Assembly (NCBI GenBank): GCA_049967855.1
Contig: JBMFRX010000005.1
Span: forward strand, 1 to 64,000
Direction: 5' to 3'
Length of the DNA: 64,000 nucleotides
Source of the DNA: Caldisericaceae bacterium
Lineage (GTDB): Bacteria > Caldisericota > Caldisericia > Caldisericales > Caldisericaceae
Below are positions 47,983 to 57,874 of the stretch, one piece after another. A model generated the notes under the pieces. It was not told the DNA's origin, did not search any database, and worked only from the letters and a program-made list of their open reading frames with translations. Numbering within the stretch: position 1 is the first letter of the stretch; the number at the start of each line of letters is the position of its first letter. Made by a program: the position numbers and the translations under genes.

Positions 47983-49359
47983 CTATAAAGCACTCTTTAC
48001 ATACCTTCCGTATCCTCTTTTGCCAACGACACCAACTGAGTCGTCAAAAACCAATTCACCTCTTACAAATGTTTTCTTCACTTTGCCTACGAGCTTTTGC
48101 CTGTCGATAACCGAGTATTTGCCTTTGCTCTCAAGCAACTCTGCTTGAACAGTCCACTCTTCGTCAGGATCAATAAAAACTAAATCAGCATCTGACCCAA
48201 TTGCCAGCGAGCCTTTCTTTGGGTATAGTCCATAACGTTTTGCGGCATTTGTTGAAAGAAGTTCCTGAATCTTGCTCAGCGTGAGTTTGGAAGAGTGAAA
48301 CCCGAAGTTCAGGAGTATCGGTGCCATCAACTGTGTTCCTGGAATGCCAGCATAATTCTCAAAAAAATCTTCACTACTCTTTTCTTTTGGATATTGCGCT
48401 GCTGCGTGGTCGCTTGCTACAAAGCTTATAATGCCTTTCTTGAGTCCTTCCCACAGTGCATCGCGGTCTTCTTCGTAGCGCACAGGTGGAGCAGTTTTAA
48501 GTATTGGCCCAAGCCTCACATAATCTTGAGATACAAAAAGCAGATAATGAGGGCATGTTTCAGTGGTTATGTCAATCTGACGGGATTTTGCCCACTCTAT
48601 GACATTTAGCCCTGCTTTTGAAGAGAGGTGAACGATGTGAAGTTTGTTGCCAACTTTCTCTGCGATGCTTGCAACAGTCCATATTGCAACAGGCTCTGCC
48701 CCGTAAACTCTTGCTTCAGGCCAGCTTGCTGGGTCTTTGCGTCCAAGTGAACGCAGGTATTGCGTGTAATAATCTACGAGATAAAAATCTTCAGAATGCA
48801 CAGCGCAAACAACGTTTAAATCTTTTAGAAGCCTGAATGCTTTGTCCATAAGCGGAACAGGCATTCTTGGATAAGTATCCATTCCAGAAATAGTATAAAA
48901 CTTTACTCCAACGATTCCTCTTTGATGCAAATCTCTGAGACTTGTAAGATACTCTCCTGATTCTACTTGAGATGGTGTCACTCCTCCCCAGAAGGCAAAG
49001 TCGACATAAGCCTTAACACTTACAATGTTTAGCTTATTATCAAAGTTTTCTGCTGTTGTAACAGGAGGGACAGAAGTACAGGGCATATCAATGACTGTTG
49101 TAATTCCGCCTGCGGCTGCGCTTCTTGTGCCTGTCTCAAAATCCTCTCTTTGGGTGTAACCTGGGTCGTCGAAATGCACGTGGGGATCTATAAAGCCTGG
49201 CATTATTATTGCATTGTGAGCGTCAATTTCCTTTTCAACCTGCGTTGAAGTATGTTCAAAGGGAAATATGGAGTTTATTTTGCCATCTTCTATATAAATG
49301 GTTGCCTTCTCTAATTCGTTCTCCTGCTTTACAAGAAAGCCGTTTTTTATCCTGATCAT
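47983..49359 (-). CDS. allantoinase/hydantoinase-like cyclic amidohydrolase
   Basis: DPHVHF, GGITT, VKFY, HSE, HIVHLS, ETCPHY, SDH. Confidence 0.85.
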   Translation of the reverse strand: MIRIKNGFLVKQENELEKATIYIEDGKINSIFPFEHTSTQVEKEIDAHNAIIMPGFIDPHVHFDDPGYTQREDFETGTRSAAAGGITTVIDMPCTSVPPVTTAENFDNKLNIVSVKAYVDFAFWGGVTPSQVESGEYLTSLRDLHQRGIVGVKFYTISGMDTYPRMPVPLMDKAFRLLKDLNVVCAVHSEDFYLVDYYTQYLRSLGRKDPASWPEARVYGAEPVAIWTVASIAEKVGNKLHIVHLSSKAGLNVIEWAKSRQIDITTETCPHYLLFVSQDYVRLGPILKTAPPVRYEEDRDALWEGLKKGIISFVASDHAAAQYPKEKSSEDFFENYAGIPGTQLMAPILLNFGFHSSKLTLSKIQELLSTNAAKRYGLYPKKGSLAIGSDADLVFIDPDEEWTVQAELLESKGKYSVIDRQKLVGKVKKTFVRGELVFDDSVGVVGKRGYGRYVKSAL

Positions 49360-51087
49360 CTACTCCTCCAGAAAAAGAGGAACAAACTCAAATTTATCAA
49401 CATCCACAAGGCCTTTGTCTGTAATCTTGAGTTTGGGTATCACAGGCAACGCCATAAAAGCGAGAGTCATAAAAGGATCGCTTATTGTAGCCTTGTTCTC
49501 TTGCTTGACAAGGCTATGCAATTCTTTGAGGGAATCTGCTACCTCTTCCAAAGGCCGATTGGTCATCAATCCACCGTACGGAAGAGCAAGGGAAGCAAGC
49601 ACTTTGCCATCCTTTGTTATGGCAATTCCTCCGCCCATTGCTTCAAGCTGCGCCACAGCTAGTAAAATGTCTGCATCATTTACTCCTGCGGCTATAATAT
49701 TGTGAGAATCGTGCGCAATTGACGTAGCAAATGCTCCGTTCTTGATGCCGATTCCGTTGATGAATCCGCACATCACATTACCGGTGGCATGGTGCCTCTC
49801 GAAAACAGCTATCTTTATGACATCACGTTGAGTGTCTGATACAGCATTTCCTTCAACGACCTTCGGCTCTACGATGAGTTCATCGGTAAGAACAGAGTCA
49901 GGGATAGTTTTTATTACTCTCATTTTGTTACCTTTTGCTTTGACAATGAGTTTATCAAAAGTTGCCTGCTTAAGATTTATTGTGTTCTTTACTGCATCCT
50001 CGTGAAAAGCAACATCGGTATTGAAAAATGCTCTCCCTTCTTTTGCAACTTGCCTGCCATTTTTCAAAACTGATTGAATCTTGAGAACATCGTCGAAGAT
50101 TGCAATGTCGGCAACAAAACCTGGAGCAATACCGCCCTTCCTTCTAAACCCAAAGAAACTCGAGGGGTTCAGAGTTGCAAGTCTCACCGCGACAGGCAGA
50201 GGGATGTTGTTCTTCTCGAGTAAATGTATGGCATAGTTAATGTTTCCTTCAAAAAGCAAGTCCTCAGGATGCTTGTCGTCTGAACACAGCATAATCCTGT
50301 GTTTTGTTTTGTCAGAAATGATTGGCATAAGGCGTAATACGTCACGTGTTACAGAGCCTTCCCTCATCATTATGTACATTCCCTTTGACAATTTCTCAAG
50401 TGCTTCTTCTGGAGTTGTGCATTCGTGGTCTGCCATTACACCAGCTGTAAGATAAGCATTAAGGTCATTGCCAGAAAGCCCTGGAGAATGTCCGTCGATA
50501 ATCGTATCGTAGAACAAACTGACCTTGTCCATCACTTCTGGCGACCTGTGCAGTACCCCAGGGTAGTTCATTAGCTCGGCAAGGCCCAAAACTCTTTCGT
50601 TGCCTTTAAGTATTTGCAGGTCTTCTGCATAAAGGTGTGCCCCTGAAGTTTCAAAACTTGTTGCAGGAACGCAACTTGAAAGGAGAAAATAGATGTCAAC
50701 AGGCAGGTTTTTGGAGGAATTAAGCATAAATTGAATCCCTGGTATCCCTGCAACGTTTGCAATTTCGTGAGGGTCTGCTACAACGGTTGTAGTTCCAAGC
50801 GGAAGCACGGCTTTTGCAAACTCAGGCGGAATGAGCATTGTGCTCTCTATGTGAAGGTGAGAATCAATAAATGAAGGAGAAATAAATGCCCCGTCAACGT
50901 CTATTACCTCTTTCGCGCTTTCGTAATCTCCAACGCCTGCGATTCTACCTTTGTGGATTAAGACATTTTTCTTCTCAATCTCTTCATTAAAAACATTTAT
51001 CAGGCGTCCGTTGGTAAGTAGAGTGTCTCCCAACCGTTCTCCTCTTGCAACTTCAATTAGCTCGGCCAGGTCTTCTTTAGAGATCAT
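49360..51087 (-). CDS. ade: adenine deaminase
   Basis: DSHLHIES, DPHEIANV, DGHSP, DHE, SDD, AHDSHN. Confidence 0.95.
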   Translation of the reverse strand: MISKEDLAELIEVARGERLGDTLLTNGRLINVFNEEIEKKNVLIHKGRIAGVGDYESAKEVIDVDGAFISPSFIDSHLHIESTMLIPPEFAKAVLPLGTTTVVADPHEIANVAGIPGIQFMLNSSKNLPVDIYFLLSSCVPATSFETSGAHLYAEDLQILKGNERVLGLAELMNYPGVLHRSPEVMDKVSLFYDTIIDGHSPGLSGNDLNAYLTAGVMADHECTTPEEALEKLSKGMYIMMREGSVTRDVLRLMPIISDKTKHRIMLCSDDKHPEDLLFEGNINYAIHLLEKNNIPLPVAVRLATLNPSSFFGFRRKGGIAPGFVADIAIFDDVLKIQSVLKNGRQVAKEGRAFFNTDVAFHEDAVKNTINLKQATFDKLIVKAKGNKMRVIKTIPDSVLTDELIVEPKVVEGNAVSDTQRDVIKIAVFERHHATGNVMCGFINGIGIKNGAFATSIAHDSHNIIAAGVNDADILLAVAQLEAMGGGIAITKDGKVLASLALPYGGLMTNRPLEEVADSLKELHSLVKQENKATISDPFMTLAFMALPVIPKLKITDKGLVDVDKFEFVPLFLEE

Positions 51088-51114
51088 CTTTTGCCTCTTT
51101 CGTTTGAGGAGAAC

Positions 51115-52446
51115 TTAAGATTCCATTTTCCGCCAGAGCGTTCTGGCAACTTCCATAGACTTTTTCATTATCTCTTCCTCATCAAACTTGGTGAAATTGT
51201 GATTATCAAGAACAGCTTCCCCGTTTATGAAAACTGATGAAACTGCACTGTCCCTCAACCCAAAAATTAGGTGCCCAAAGAAGTTATCGCTGTTCAATGG
51301 GGTGGGAGGATAGTAATCAAGAGCAACAAAATCCGCATAAGCCCCTTCTTTTATTACCCCAAGAGGAGCTCTAAAGAATTTAGAGAAAATTTTACTATTA
51401 TTCTCAAAAAGCATTTTCTTGGCAAGTTGCCATCCCACTTGAGGGTCTCTATAAACAAGTTTAGGAAGTATATAAGCCACTTTTACCGATTCAAGCATCG
51501 ATGGAGTATAACCGTCAGTTCCCAGGCCGACAACTATGCCTTCATTGTCCATTTCAAGCACTGGTGGCACTCCAACGGCGTTATTCATATTTGATTCGGG
51601 ATTGTGTACAACCATAGTCTCCGTTTCCCTTAGGAGTTCTATTTCTTTGCTATCGATGTGCACGCAGTGTACTGCAAGGGTTTTGTTTCCGAGGATACCA
51701 AAGTCGTTTAATCTGAAAAGAACTCTCTTTCCCGACCTTTCAAGTGAGTCTTCAACGTCTTCTATTCCTTCTGCAACGTGCACGTGGAATCCTGAATTAA
51801 GGGAACTTTCATACTCCTTCGCCAGCCTCAGAGTGTCATCTGACAAGGTAAGTGAAGCATGCAGTCCAAAAGAAGCTGCAACAGAATTTCTGTCTTTTTC
51901 TTTCTTTATAAACCTTACGTTCTCTAAAATGGATTGCTTTGCAAGTTCTGTCCCCCATCTGTCAGAAACCTCATAAGCAAGAACACCTCTTACTCCTGTT
52001 TTATTGAGGGCTTCCTCAAGTATGTCGAGGCTGCCATCGACCATTCCAAATGAGGCGTGATGGTCAATTATTGAGGTCGTACCGCTCTTTATCCCTTCAA
52101 GGAGAGCCACCAGGGCACTGTAAAATATCTCATCGTAGGTCGAGAGGTTCCTGTCAAGCTTCCACCAAATCTGCTTAAGAATGTCAACAAAAGTCCTTGG
52201 AGTTGCTCCACTAAAGCCATACCCTCTTGCAAAAGTGCTGTAAAGGTGCATATGTGTATTTAATAGCCCAGGTATAACGAGTTTACTATGCATATTAATG
52301 AATTCGGCGTCTGGAAAAGCTTTTAAGAGAGTTTCAGTTTGGGCGATTGATATAATTTTCCCGTTGTCTTCAAGGATTGCACCATTTGCAAGAAATGGGA
52401 GAGTTTCATCAAGAGTTACCAGAGAACAATTTCCTATAATTTTCAT
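51115..52446 (-). CDS. ssnA: SsnA-type aminohydrolase
   Basis: THMHLYSTFARG, WWKLD, DHHAS, GLHAS, HVAEG, HNPESNMNNAVG, GTDG. Confidence 0.9.
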   Translation of the reverse strand: MKIIGNCSLVTLDETLPFLANGAILEDNGKIISIAQTETLLKAFPDAEFINMHSKLVIPGLLNTHMHLYSTFARGYGFSGATPRTFVDILKQIWWKLDRNLSTYDEIFYSALVALLEGIKSGTTSIIDHHASFGMVDGSLDILEEALNKTGVRGVLAYEVSDRWGTELAKQSILENVRFIKKEKDRNSVAASFGLHASLTLSDDTLRLAKEYESSLNSGFHVHVAEGIEDVEDSLERSGKRVLFRLNDFGILGNKTLAVHCVHIDSKEIELLRETETMVVHNPESNMNNAVGVPPVLEMDNEGIVVGLGTDGYTPSMLESVKVAYILPKLVYRDPQVGWQLAKKMLFENNSKIFSKFFRAPLGVIKEGAYADFVALDYYPPTPLNSDNFFGHLIFGLRDSAVSSVFINGEAVLDNHNFTKFDEEEIMKKSMEVARTLWRKMES

Positions 52447-52458
52447 TTTTTCCTCCAG

Positions 52459-52740
52459 TTAAATTAGTTCAGTGTTGAAGTTTATCACCTTTACGCGTAG
52501 ATCCGATTCGATAAAGGTTACAACTGACGCAAGCGTAGAATTTAGATGAGAGCCTTCTGTATTTACGCTAACGATGGCAAGCTGTGCATATCTCACTGAG
52601 TTTAGTTTTCCCACTTCTGCTACTGAAACATTGTAGCTGGCTCTTATCTTTGCGAGCAGACTCAGCACAACAGAACGCTTCTCTTTAAGCGAGAAAGAAT
52701 CTAAAACTTCAATGTCAATGGTGCACAGCCCTATTCTCAT
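52459..52740 (-). CDS. DUF503 (YlxP-like) protein
   Basis: SLKEKRSVV...YNVSVAEV. Confidence 0.9.
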   Translation of the reverse strand: MRIGLCTIDIEVLDSFSLKEKRSVVLSLLAKIRASYNVSVAEVGKLNSVRYAQLAIVSVNTEGSHLNSTLASVVTFIESDLRVKVINFNTELI

Positions 52741-53852
52741 TAAAGAATTGCTTTTTCAGTATCCTTGTCAAAAATATTAATCTTTGAGATATCAACAAAG
52801 AGTGTGACTTTCTGTCCCATCTTGTAATCTTCGTTCGCACTCATTCTTGCGACGCACAAGGAGTCGTTCACTCTGAAGTGCACAAACGTTTCAGAACCCA
52901 TAAGCTCTACGAAATCTATAGTAATATCCAGTTTTTGCATCACTGACTTATCAAGACCTTCTATTTCTTTCGGAAGATAGAAGTCTTTAGCTCTAACTCC
53001 CAAAAGTACTGATTTGTTGCCGAGCTTTGCTTCTTCAATCTTTTGCGCCTGATCTTTCATCAGCTTTACTGAAATGTCCTTGTTCTTGAGGTACAGTTCT
53101 CCGCCTTCCTGTGATACTTCAGTGTCAATAAAGTTCATTGGAGGAGTTCCTATGAAACCTGCGACAAATTTATTCACAGGTTTGTCAAATACGTCTTTAG
53201 GCGTCCCTATCTGCTGTATTAGACCCTTATTCATAACTACAACTCTGTCGCCAAGAGTCATTGCCTCGGTTTGGTCGTGTGTTACGTAAACGGTTGTTAC
53301 TCCAAGCCTTTCGTGCAATCGAATAAGTTCGCCTCTTGTCTGGACTCTCAGTTTTGCATCGAGGTTTGATAATGGTTCGTCCATCAAGAAAACTTGTGGG
53401 TCTCTTACGATTGCTCTTGCCAGAGCAACTCTTTGTCTTTGACCTCCAGAGAGCTCCTTTGGCTTCCTAGTGAGTAAGTTCTCAAGGCCAAGCATACCTG
53501 CAACTTCCTTTACTTTCTTATCAATTACATCTTTAGGGACCTTACGCATAGTTAATCCGAAGGAGATATTTTGATAAACATTCATATGGGGATAAAGTGC
53601 ATAGCTCTGAAATACCATTGCAATATTTCTGTCTTTTGGAGCTACTTCGTTAACAACTCTGTTTCCGATGTAGATAGTTCCGCTACTAAGTTCCTCAAGC
53701 CCTGCGATAAGCCTTAGGGTAGTTGTTTTGCCGCAACCCGACGGCCCTAACAAGACAAGGAACTCACCGTCTTTGACGTTTAAGCTAATGTTATCAACCG
53801 CAATAACTGAACCAAACTTTTTTGTAACATTTTCCAACATTACTTCTGCCAT
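52740..53852 (-). CDS. stand-alone sugar ABC ATPase (MsmX/MalK family)
   Basis: GPSGCGKT, VFQSYALYPHM, LSGGQRQR, DEPLSNLD, FIGTPPMN. Confidence 0.95.
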   Translation of the reverse strand: MAEVMLENVTKKFGSVIAVDNISLNVKDGEFLVLLGPSGCGKTTTLRLIAGLEELSSGTIYIGNRVVNEVAPKDRNIAMVFQSYALYPHMNVYQNISFGLTMRKVPKDVIDKKVKEVAGMLGLENLLTRKPKELSGGQRQRVALARAIVRDPQVFLMDEPLSNLDAKLRVQTRGELIRLHERLGVTTVYVTHDQTEAMTLGDRVVVMNKGLIQQIGTPKDVFDKPVNKFVAGFIGTPPMNFIDTEVSQEGGELYLKNKDISVKLMKDQAQKIEEAKLGNKSVLLGVRAKDFYLPKEIEGLDKSVMQKLDITIDFVELMGSETFVHFRVNDSLCVARMSANEDYKMGQKVTLFVDISKINIFDKDTEKAIL

Positions 53853-53887
53853 TGCATCCTCCTAATTTATAACATAATGTAATTAAT

Positions 53888-53915
53888 TTGTAAATTTAGC
53901 GATTTTATATAAAAT
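53888..53915 (+). promoter_or_regulatory. promoter TTGTAA-N16-TAAAAT for the GH57 operon
   Basis: -35 at 53888-53893 and -10 at 53910-53915. Confidence 0.5.
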
Positions 53916-53952
53916 ATGATAATCAAAATTCAAAAAAAAACAAAGGAGTAGT

Positions 53953-55404
53953 ATGGAAGAAAATTTGACGAGTGATAAGCTAACTTTATGGTTGCATATG
54001 CATCAGCCTGATTATTGGGATTCTGTCAACAATATTCAGTATCTTCCCTGGGTAAGGAAGCACTCAACAAAAGCTTATTATATGATACCTAAACTGATAT
54101 CCAAATCACAAGCAAAAATTAATATCAATTTTTCTGGAATTTTGTTGGAGCAACTTTCAGCGTATGCTTCTGGGTCTATTGAAGATGTCTATGAAGCGCT
54201 TGAAAACAAAGATGCGAAAACTCTCACCCAGTCGGAAATTTCATTTATTGTCGATAGATTTCTTATTCCTCTTCCGAATGAATCAGAGAGATTTAAATAC
54301 CTTCGTGATAAAAAAATGCACGGGCAAAACCTGTCCGTTGATGAAATCAGGGATGTTCAGGTGCTTTTCAAGTTGCTTTTTTTTGCTCCACTTGATGAAG
54401 AGGTTATCGAGCTGAATAAAAAGAGTGCCCATTTTAGTGAGAACGACAAGCAAGTGCTTAGCTTGGTAGAGAAAAAGATAATCCAGGGCATTTTTCCACT
54501 CTACAGGCAGCTTGCAAATGACAAGCGCGTTGAGCTTACGGTTACCCCATACTATCACCCTATTCTGCCTCTTCTTATAGATGTAAACAGTGCGAAGAGA
54601 AGCAAAAGCAACGCCATTTTACCCAATATCGTTTTTTCTCACCAGGATGATGCTCTCTACAATATCCAGAAATCAATAGAAATATTTCAAAAAGTGTTTG
54701 GGTTTAAGCCAGTTGGAATGTGGCCTGCGGAGGGGAGTATTTCTGCAGAAGCACTGGATTTGATTAAAGCCAGTGGATTTGAGTTTGTTGGAAGTGACGA
54801 AATGGTCCTCAAGAAGTCATTTCAAGGACCACAGGGAGCTTACACTGTTCGTGGCCTCAAGGTTCTCTTCAGAGACCATATAAACTCCGATAAGATAGGA
54901 TTTGTGTACAACAAGGAGCATCCGCAAGATGCAGTAAATGACCTTCTTGCTCAGAAAAAATCAATTTTGATTCTTGACGGTGAAAATCCTTGGGATTATT
55001 ATTCAGACCTTGGAATGGAGTTTTTGTCGACTCTTTTTAACAATCTCAATGAGGATAACTGCTCGTTTGCAAGCGAAGTTTCTCCGTCGGCTCCTTTGCA
55101 ATCTATCGAGCCTGGGTCCTGGATAAATGGGTATTTTGATACCTGGATTGGTGATGAGGAATCAAATCGAGCCTGGACGTATCTTGCCGAAGCAAGAGAT
55201 AAGTTTTCACAGAATGCAGGCGCAATGGAGGAAGTTTACAAGGCAGAGTCAAGCGACTTTTTTTGGTGGTACAGTAATTTTCACAGAAGGGAAGTGAACC
55301 ACGACTTTGACTTTTTATTCAGAAACCATCTTATAAGAGCTTATTTGAATGCAGGGGAGAAAGTTCCTGAGTATCTGCTTTATCCTGTTAAGGTAAAGCT
55401 TTGA
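53953..55404 (+). CDS. glycoside hydrolase family 57 (amylase/amylopullulanase-like)
   Basis: HMHQP, PYYHPILPL, WPAEG (nucleophile), LDGENPW (acid/base), AESSDFFWW. Confidence 0.92.
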   Translation: MEENLTSDKLTLWLHMHQPDYWDSVNNIQYLPWVRKHSTKAYYMIPKLISKSQAKININFSGILLEQLSAYASGSIEDVYEALENKDAKTLTQSEISFIVDRFLIPLPNESERFKYLRDKKMHGQNLSVDEIRDVQVLFKLLFFAPLDEEVIELNKKSAHFSENDKQVLSLVEKKIIQGIFPLYRQLANDKRVELTVTPYYHPILPLLIDVNSAKRSKSNAILPNIVFSHQDDALYNIQKSIEIFQKVFGFKPVGMWPAEGSISAEALDLIKASGFEFVGSDEMVLKKSFQGPQGAYTVRGLKVLFRDHINSDKIGFVYNKEHPQDAVNDLLAQKKSILILDGENPWDYYSDLGMEFLSTLFNNLNEDNCSFASEVSPSAPLQSIEPGSWINGYFDTWIGDEESNRAWTYLAEARDKFSQNAGAMEEVYKAESSDFFWWYSNFHRREVNHDFDFLFRNHLIRAYLNAGEKVPEYLLYPVKVKL

Positions 55405-55442
55405 TTTTTTCAATAGTATTATATAATTTATGGAGGTAAGAA

Positions 55443-56450
55443 ATGCCAGAACTTAGAAGGGATCCAACTACCGATAAATGGGTAATAATTGCAACGGAAC
55501 GTGCCGCAAGGCCCAATGATTTTAAGCAAGAAGAGGAGCCAGCTGCAGGTTCAGCGAATTGTCCTTTTTGTGAAGGAAACGAAGCAAAAACTCCGCCTGA
55601 AATAACATCTGTCCGTAAGGATGGAAGTCTCCCAAACGGTCCAGGTTGGGAGGTGAGGGTTATACCAAACAAGTTCCCAGCTCTCAAAATTGAAGGTGAA
55701 GAAAACCGTCACGGTAACGGAGTCTATGATGAGATGAACGGCATCGGAGCGCACGAGATTATAGTAGAATCGCCAAATCACAGTGATTCCCTTGAGACGT
55801 TACCTATAGAACACATTGGCAAAATAATTTGGATTTTTAAAGAGAGATTACTCGATTTAAGAAAGGATAGCAGATTGCGATACATTTTGGTTTTTAAGAA
55901 TAAAGGTAAACGTGCAGGAGCTTCTCTTGAACATTCGCATTCTCAGCTTATTGCAACTCCTGTTCTTCCTGACCTTGTAAAGAATGAATTGAATGTTGCC
56001 TCGCGTTACTACGGCTTTAAGGAAAGATGCGTCTACTGTGACATTATTGACCAGGAGAAGTACGAAGACAAAAGAGTGATACTCGAAAACGACCTATTCA
56101 TTGCAATCACCCCGTTTGCTTCAATTGTGCCTTTCGAGGTAATGATTTTGCCTAAAGAACACTGCTCTGATTTTGGCCAAATTAAGTTGAGCTCGGTTAA
56201 TAGCCTTGCAGAGATATTGCAGAACTCCCTGAGATTGATTAATAAGGTCGTGCCGAATGTTGCGTATAATTTTTACATTCATACCTCCCCACTTGATGAT
56301 TTAATGTTACCTCATTATCACTGGCACATCGAAATTCTGCCGCGGTTAACCCACACAGCTGGGTTTGAGTGGGGTTCTGGGCTTTACATTAATCCAATGC
56401 CGCCTGAGCAGGCTGCAGCATTCTTGAAGGAAGCTAAGGAGGTAAAATGA
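55443..56450 (+). CDS. GalT-family nucleotidyltransferase (HSHSQ type)
   Basis: ELRRDP, RAARP, CPFC, NKFPAL, GAHE, GASLEHSHSQ, HWHIE, GFEWG. Confidence 0.9.
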   Translation: MPELRRDPTTDKWVIIATERAARPNDFKQEEEPAAGSANCPFCEGNEAKTPPEITSVRKDGSLPNGPGWEVRVIPNKFPALKIEGEENRHGNGVYDEMNGIGAHEIIVESPNHSDSLETLPIEHIGKIIWIFKERLLDLRKDSRLRYILVFKNKGKRAGASLEHSHSQLIATPVLPDLVKNELNVASRYYGFKERCVYCDIIDQEKYEDKRVILENDLFIAITPFASIVPFEVMILPKEHCSDFGQIKLSSVNSLAEILQNSLRLINKVVPNVAYNFYIHTSPLDDLMLPHYHWHIEILPRLTHTAGFEWGSGLYINPMPPEQAAAFLKEAKEVK

Positions 56451-57874
56451 AAATAGGAATTGTAGCAAGCGAAGCAGTTCCTTTCGCAAAGACTGGTGGT
56501 CTTGCTGATGTTACAGGGGCGCTGTTCAAAATTTTTGGTGAACTTGGAAACGAGACTTTTCTTTTTATGCCTCTTTTCAAACAAGCTAGGCGCAAATCGG
56601 ACGGAGCTCAAAAGATAGGAACCGTCAGTGTAAATATAGGTGACAGACTTGTTGAAGGCACTGTTTATACAAAACAGGTTTATGCAAGATCCGTTGCAGT
56701 ATTCATTGAGGCAGACGAGTATTTTGGAAGAGAAGAGCTGTATGGAGTTAAAGGCGTAGATTATACTGACAATGCCGAGCGCTTTGGTTTCTTTGACAGG
56801 GCAGTTCTTGAAGCTATTAAGCTTCTGGGCGTTAAACTCGATGTGTTGCACCTTAATGACTGGCAGACTGGTTTGATACCACTTTTCCTTAAAGAAGATA
56901 ATTTAGGTGCAAAATCGGTTTTCACTATACATAACCTTGCCTATCAGGGGAATTTTGATGATGCTATCCTTGATATGCTTCACATTGACAGAAAGTACTA
57001 CACACAGGAAGGTATAGAGTTTTATGGAAAAATGAGTTTTCTTAAGTCTGGCTTAATATACTCTGACTTTATTACAACCGTGAGCCCAACATATGCAAGG
57101 GAAATTCTCACTCAACAGTTTGGAGAGCGGCTTGACGGCGTTCTTAACACACGTAAATCAAGTCTTAGGGGAATATTGAATGGAATAGACTACGAAATTT
57201 GGAACCCTGAGAGTGATAAAAACATTTATACTAAGTTTGGTTCCGAAAACCTCTCGCTGAAAGAAGAAAATAAGATTGCTTTTCTTAAAGAGGTCGGCAT
57301 CCAGAATACAAAGGCTCCTCTTTTTGGTATGGTCACGAGGATTGCTTCCCAGAAAGGACTGGACATAATGATTCAAAGTCTTTCTGAATCGCTCGATAGG
57401 CTTGATTCAACGTTTGTTATTCTTGGAACAGGTGATAAGAGCCTTGAGGATGGACTGAAAGCACTTGAACTTAAATATCCTACAAAGATAAAGGCGATAA
57501 TAGGTTTCGATGATGCGCTTGCTCACAAGATTTACGCTTCATCTGATTTTTTCCTGATGCCGTCTAAGTATGAGCCGTGCGGGCTTGGCCAGCTAATAGC
57601 TCTGCGTTATGCGACTCTGCCTGTAGTAAATGGAACTGGGGGCTTGAAGGACACGGTTGATGACTACAATGAATACACGCACTGTGGGAATGGTTTTATG
57701 ATGAGTGAATTCACCAAGGAGGCACTAACAGAGGCAATTGATAGGGCTTGTTCTCTCTATAAAGATGCTGAGATTTTGGAAAATATGCGTTCTTTAGCAA
57801 TGAAGTGCGATTTCTCCTGGGAAAATTCAGCTAGAAAATATCTTGAATTATTCAGTAGCATTGTGAGGCACTGA
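56447..57874 (+). CDS. glgA: glycogen synthase
   Basis: KTGGLADV, HLNDWQ, TIHNLAYQG, QKG, EPCGL. Confidence 0.96.
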   Translation: MKIGIVASEAVPFAKTGGLADVTGALFKIFGELGNETFLFMPLFKQARRKSDGAQKIGTVSVNIGDRLVEGTVYTKQVYARSVAVFIEADEYFGREELYGVKGVDYTDNAERFGFFDRAVLEAIKLLGVKLDVLHLNDWQTGLIPLFLKEDNLGAKSVFTIHNLAYQGNFDDAILDMLHIDRKYYTQEGIEFYGKMSFLKSGLIYSDFITTVSPTYAREILTQQFGERLDGVLNTRKSSLRGILNGIDYEIWNPESDKNIYTKFGSENLSLKEENKIAFLKEVGIQNTKAPLFGMVTRIASQKGLDIMIQSLSESLDRLDSTFVILGTGDKSLEDGLKALELKYPTKIKAIIGFDDALAHKIYASSDFFLMPSKYEPCGLGQLIALRYATLPVVNGTGGLKDTVDDYNEYTHCGNGFMMSEFTKEALTEAIDRACSLYKDAEILENMRSLAMKCDFSWENSARKYLELFSSIVRH

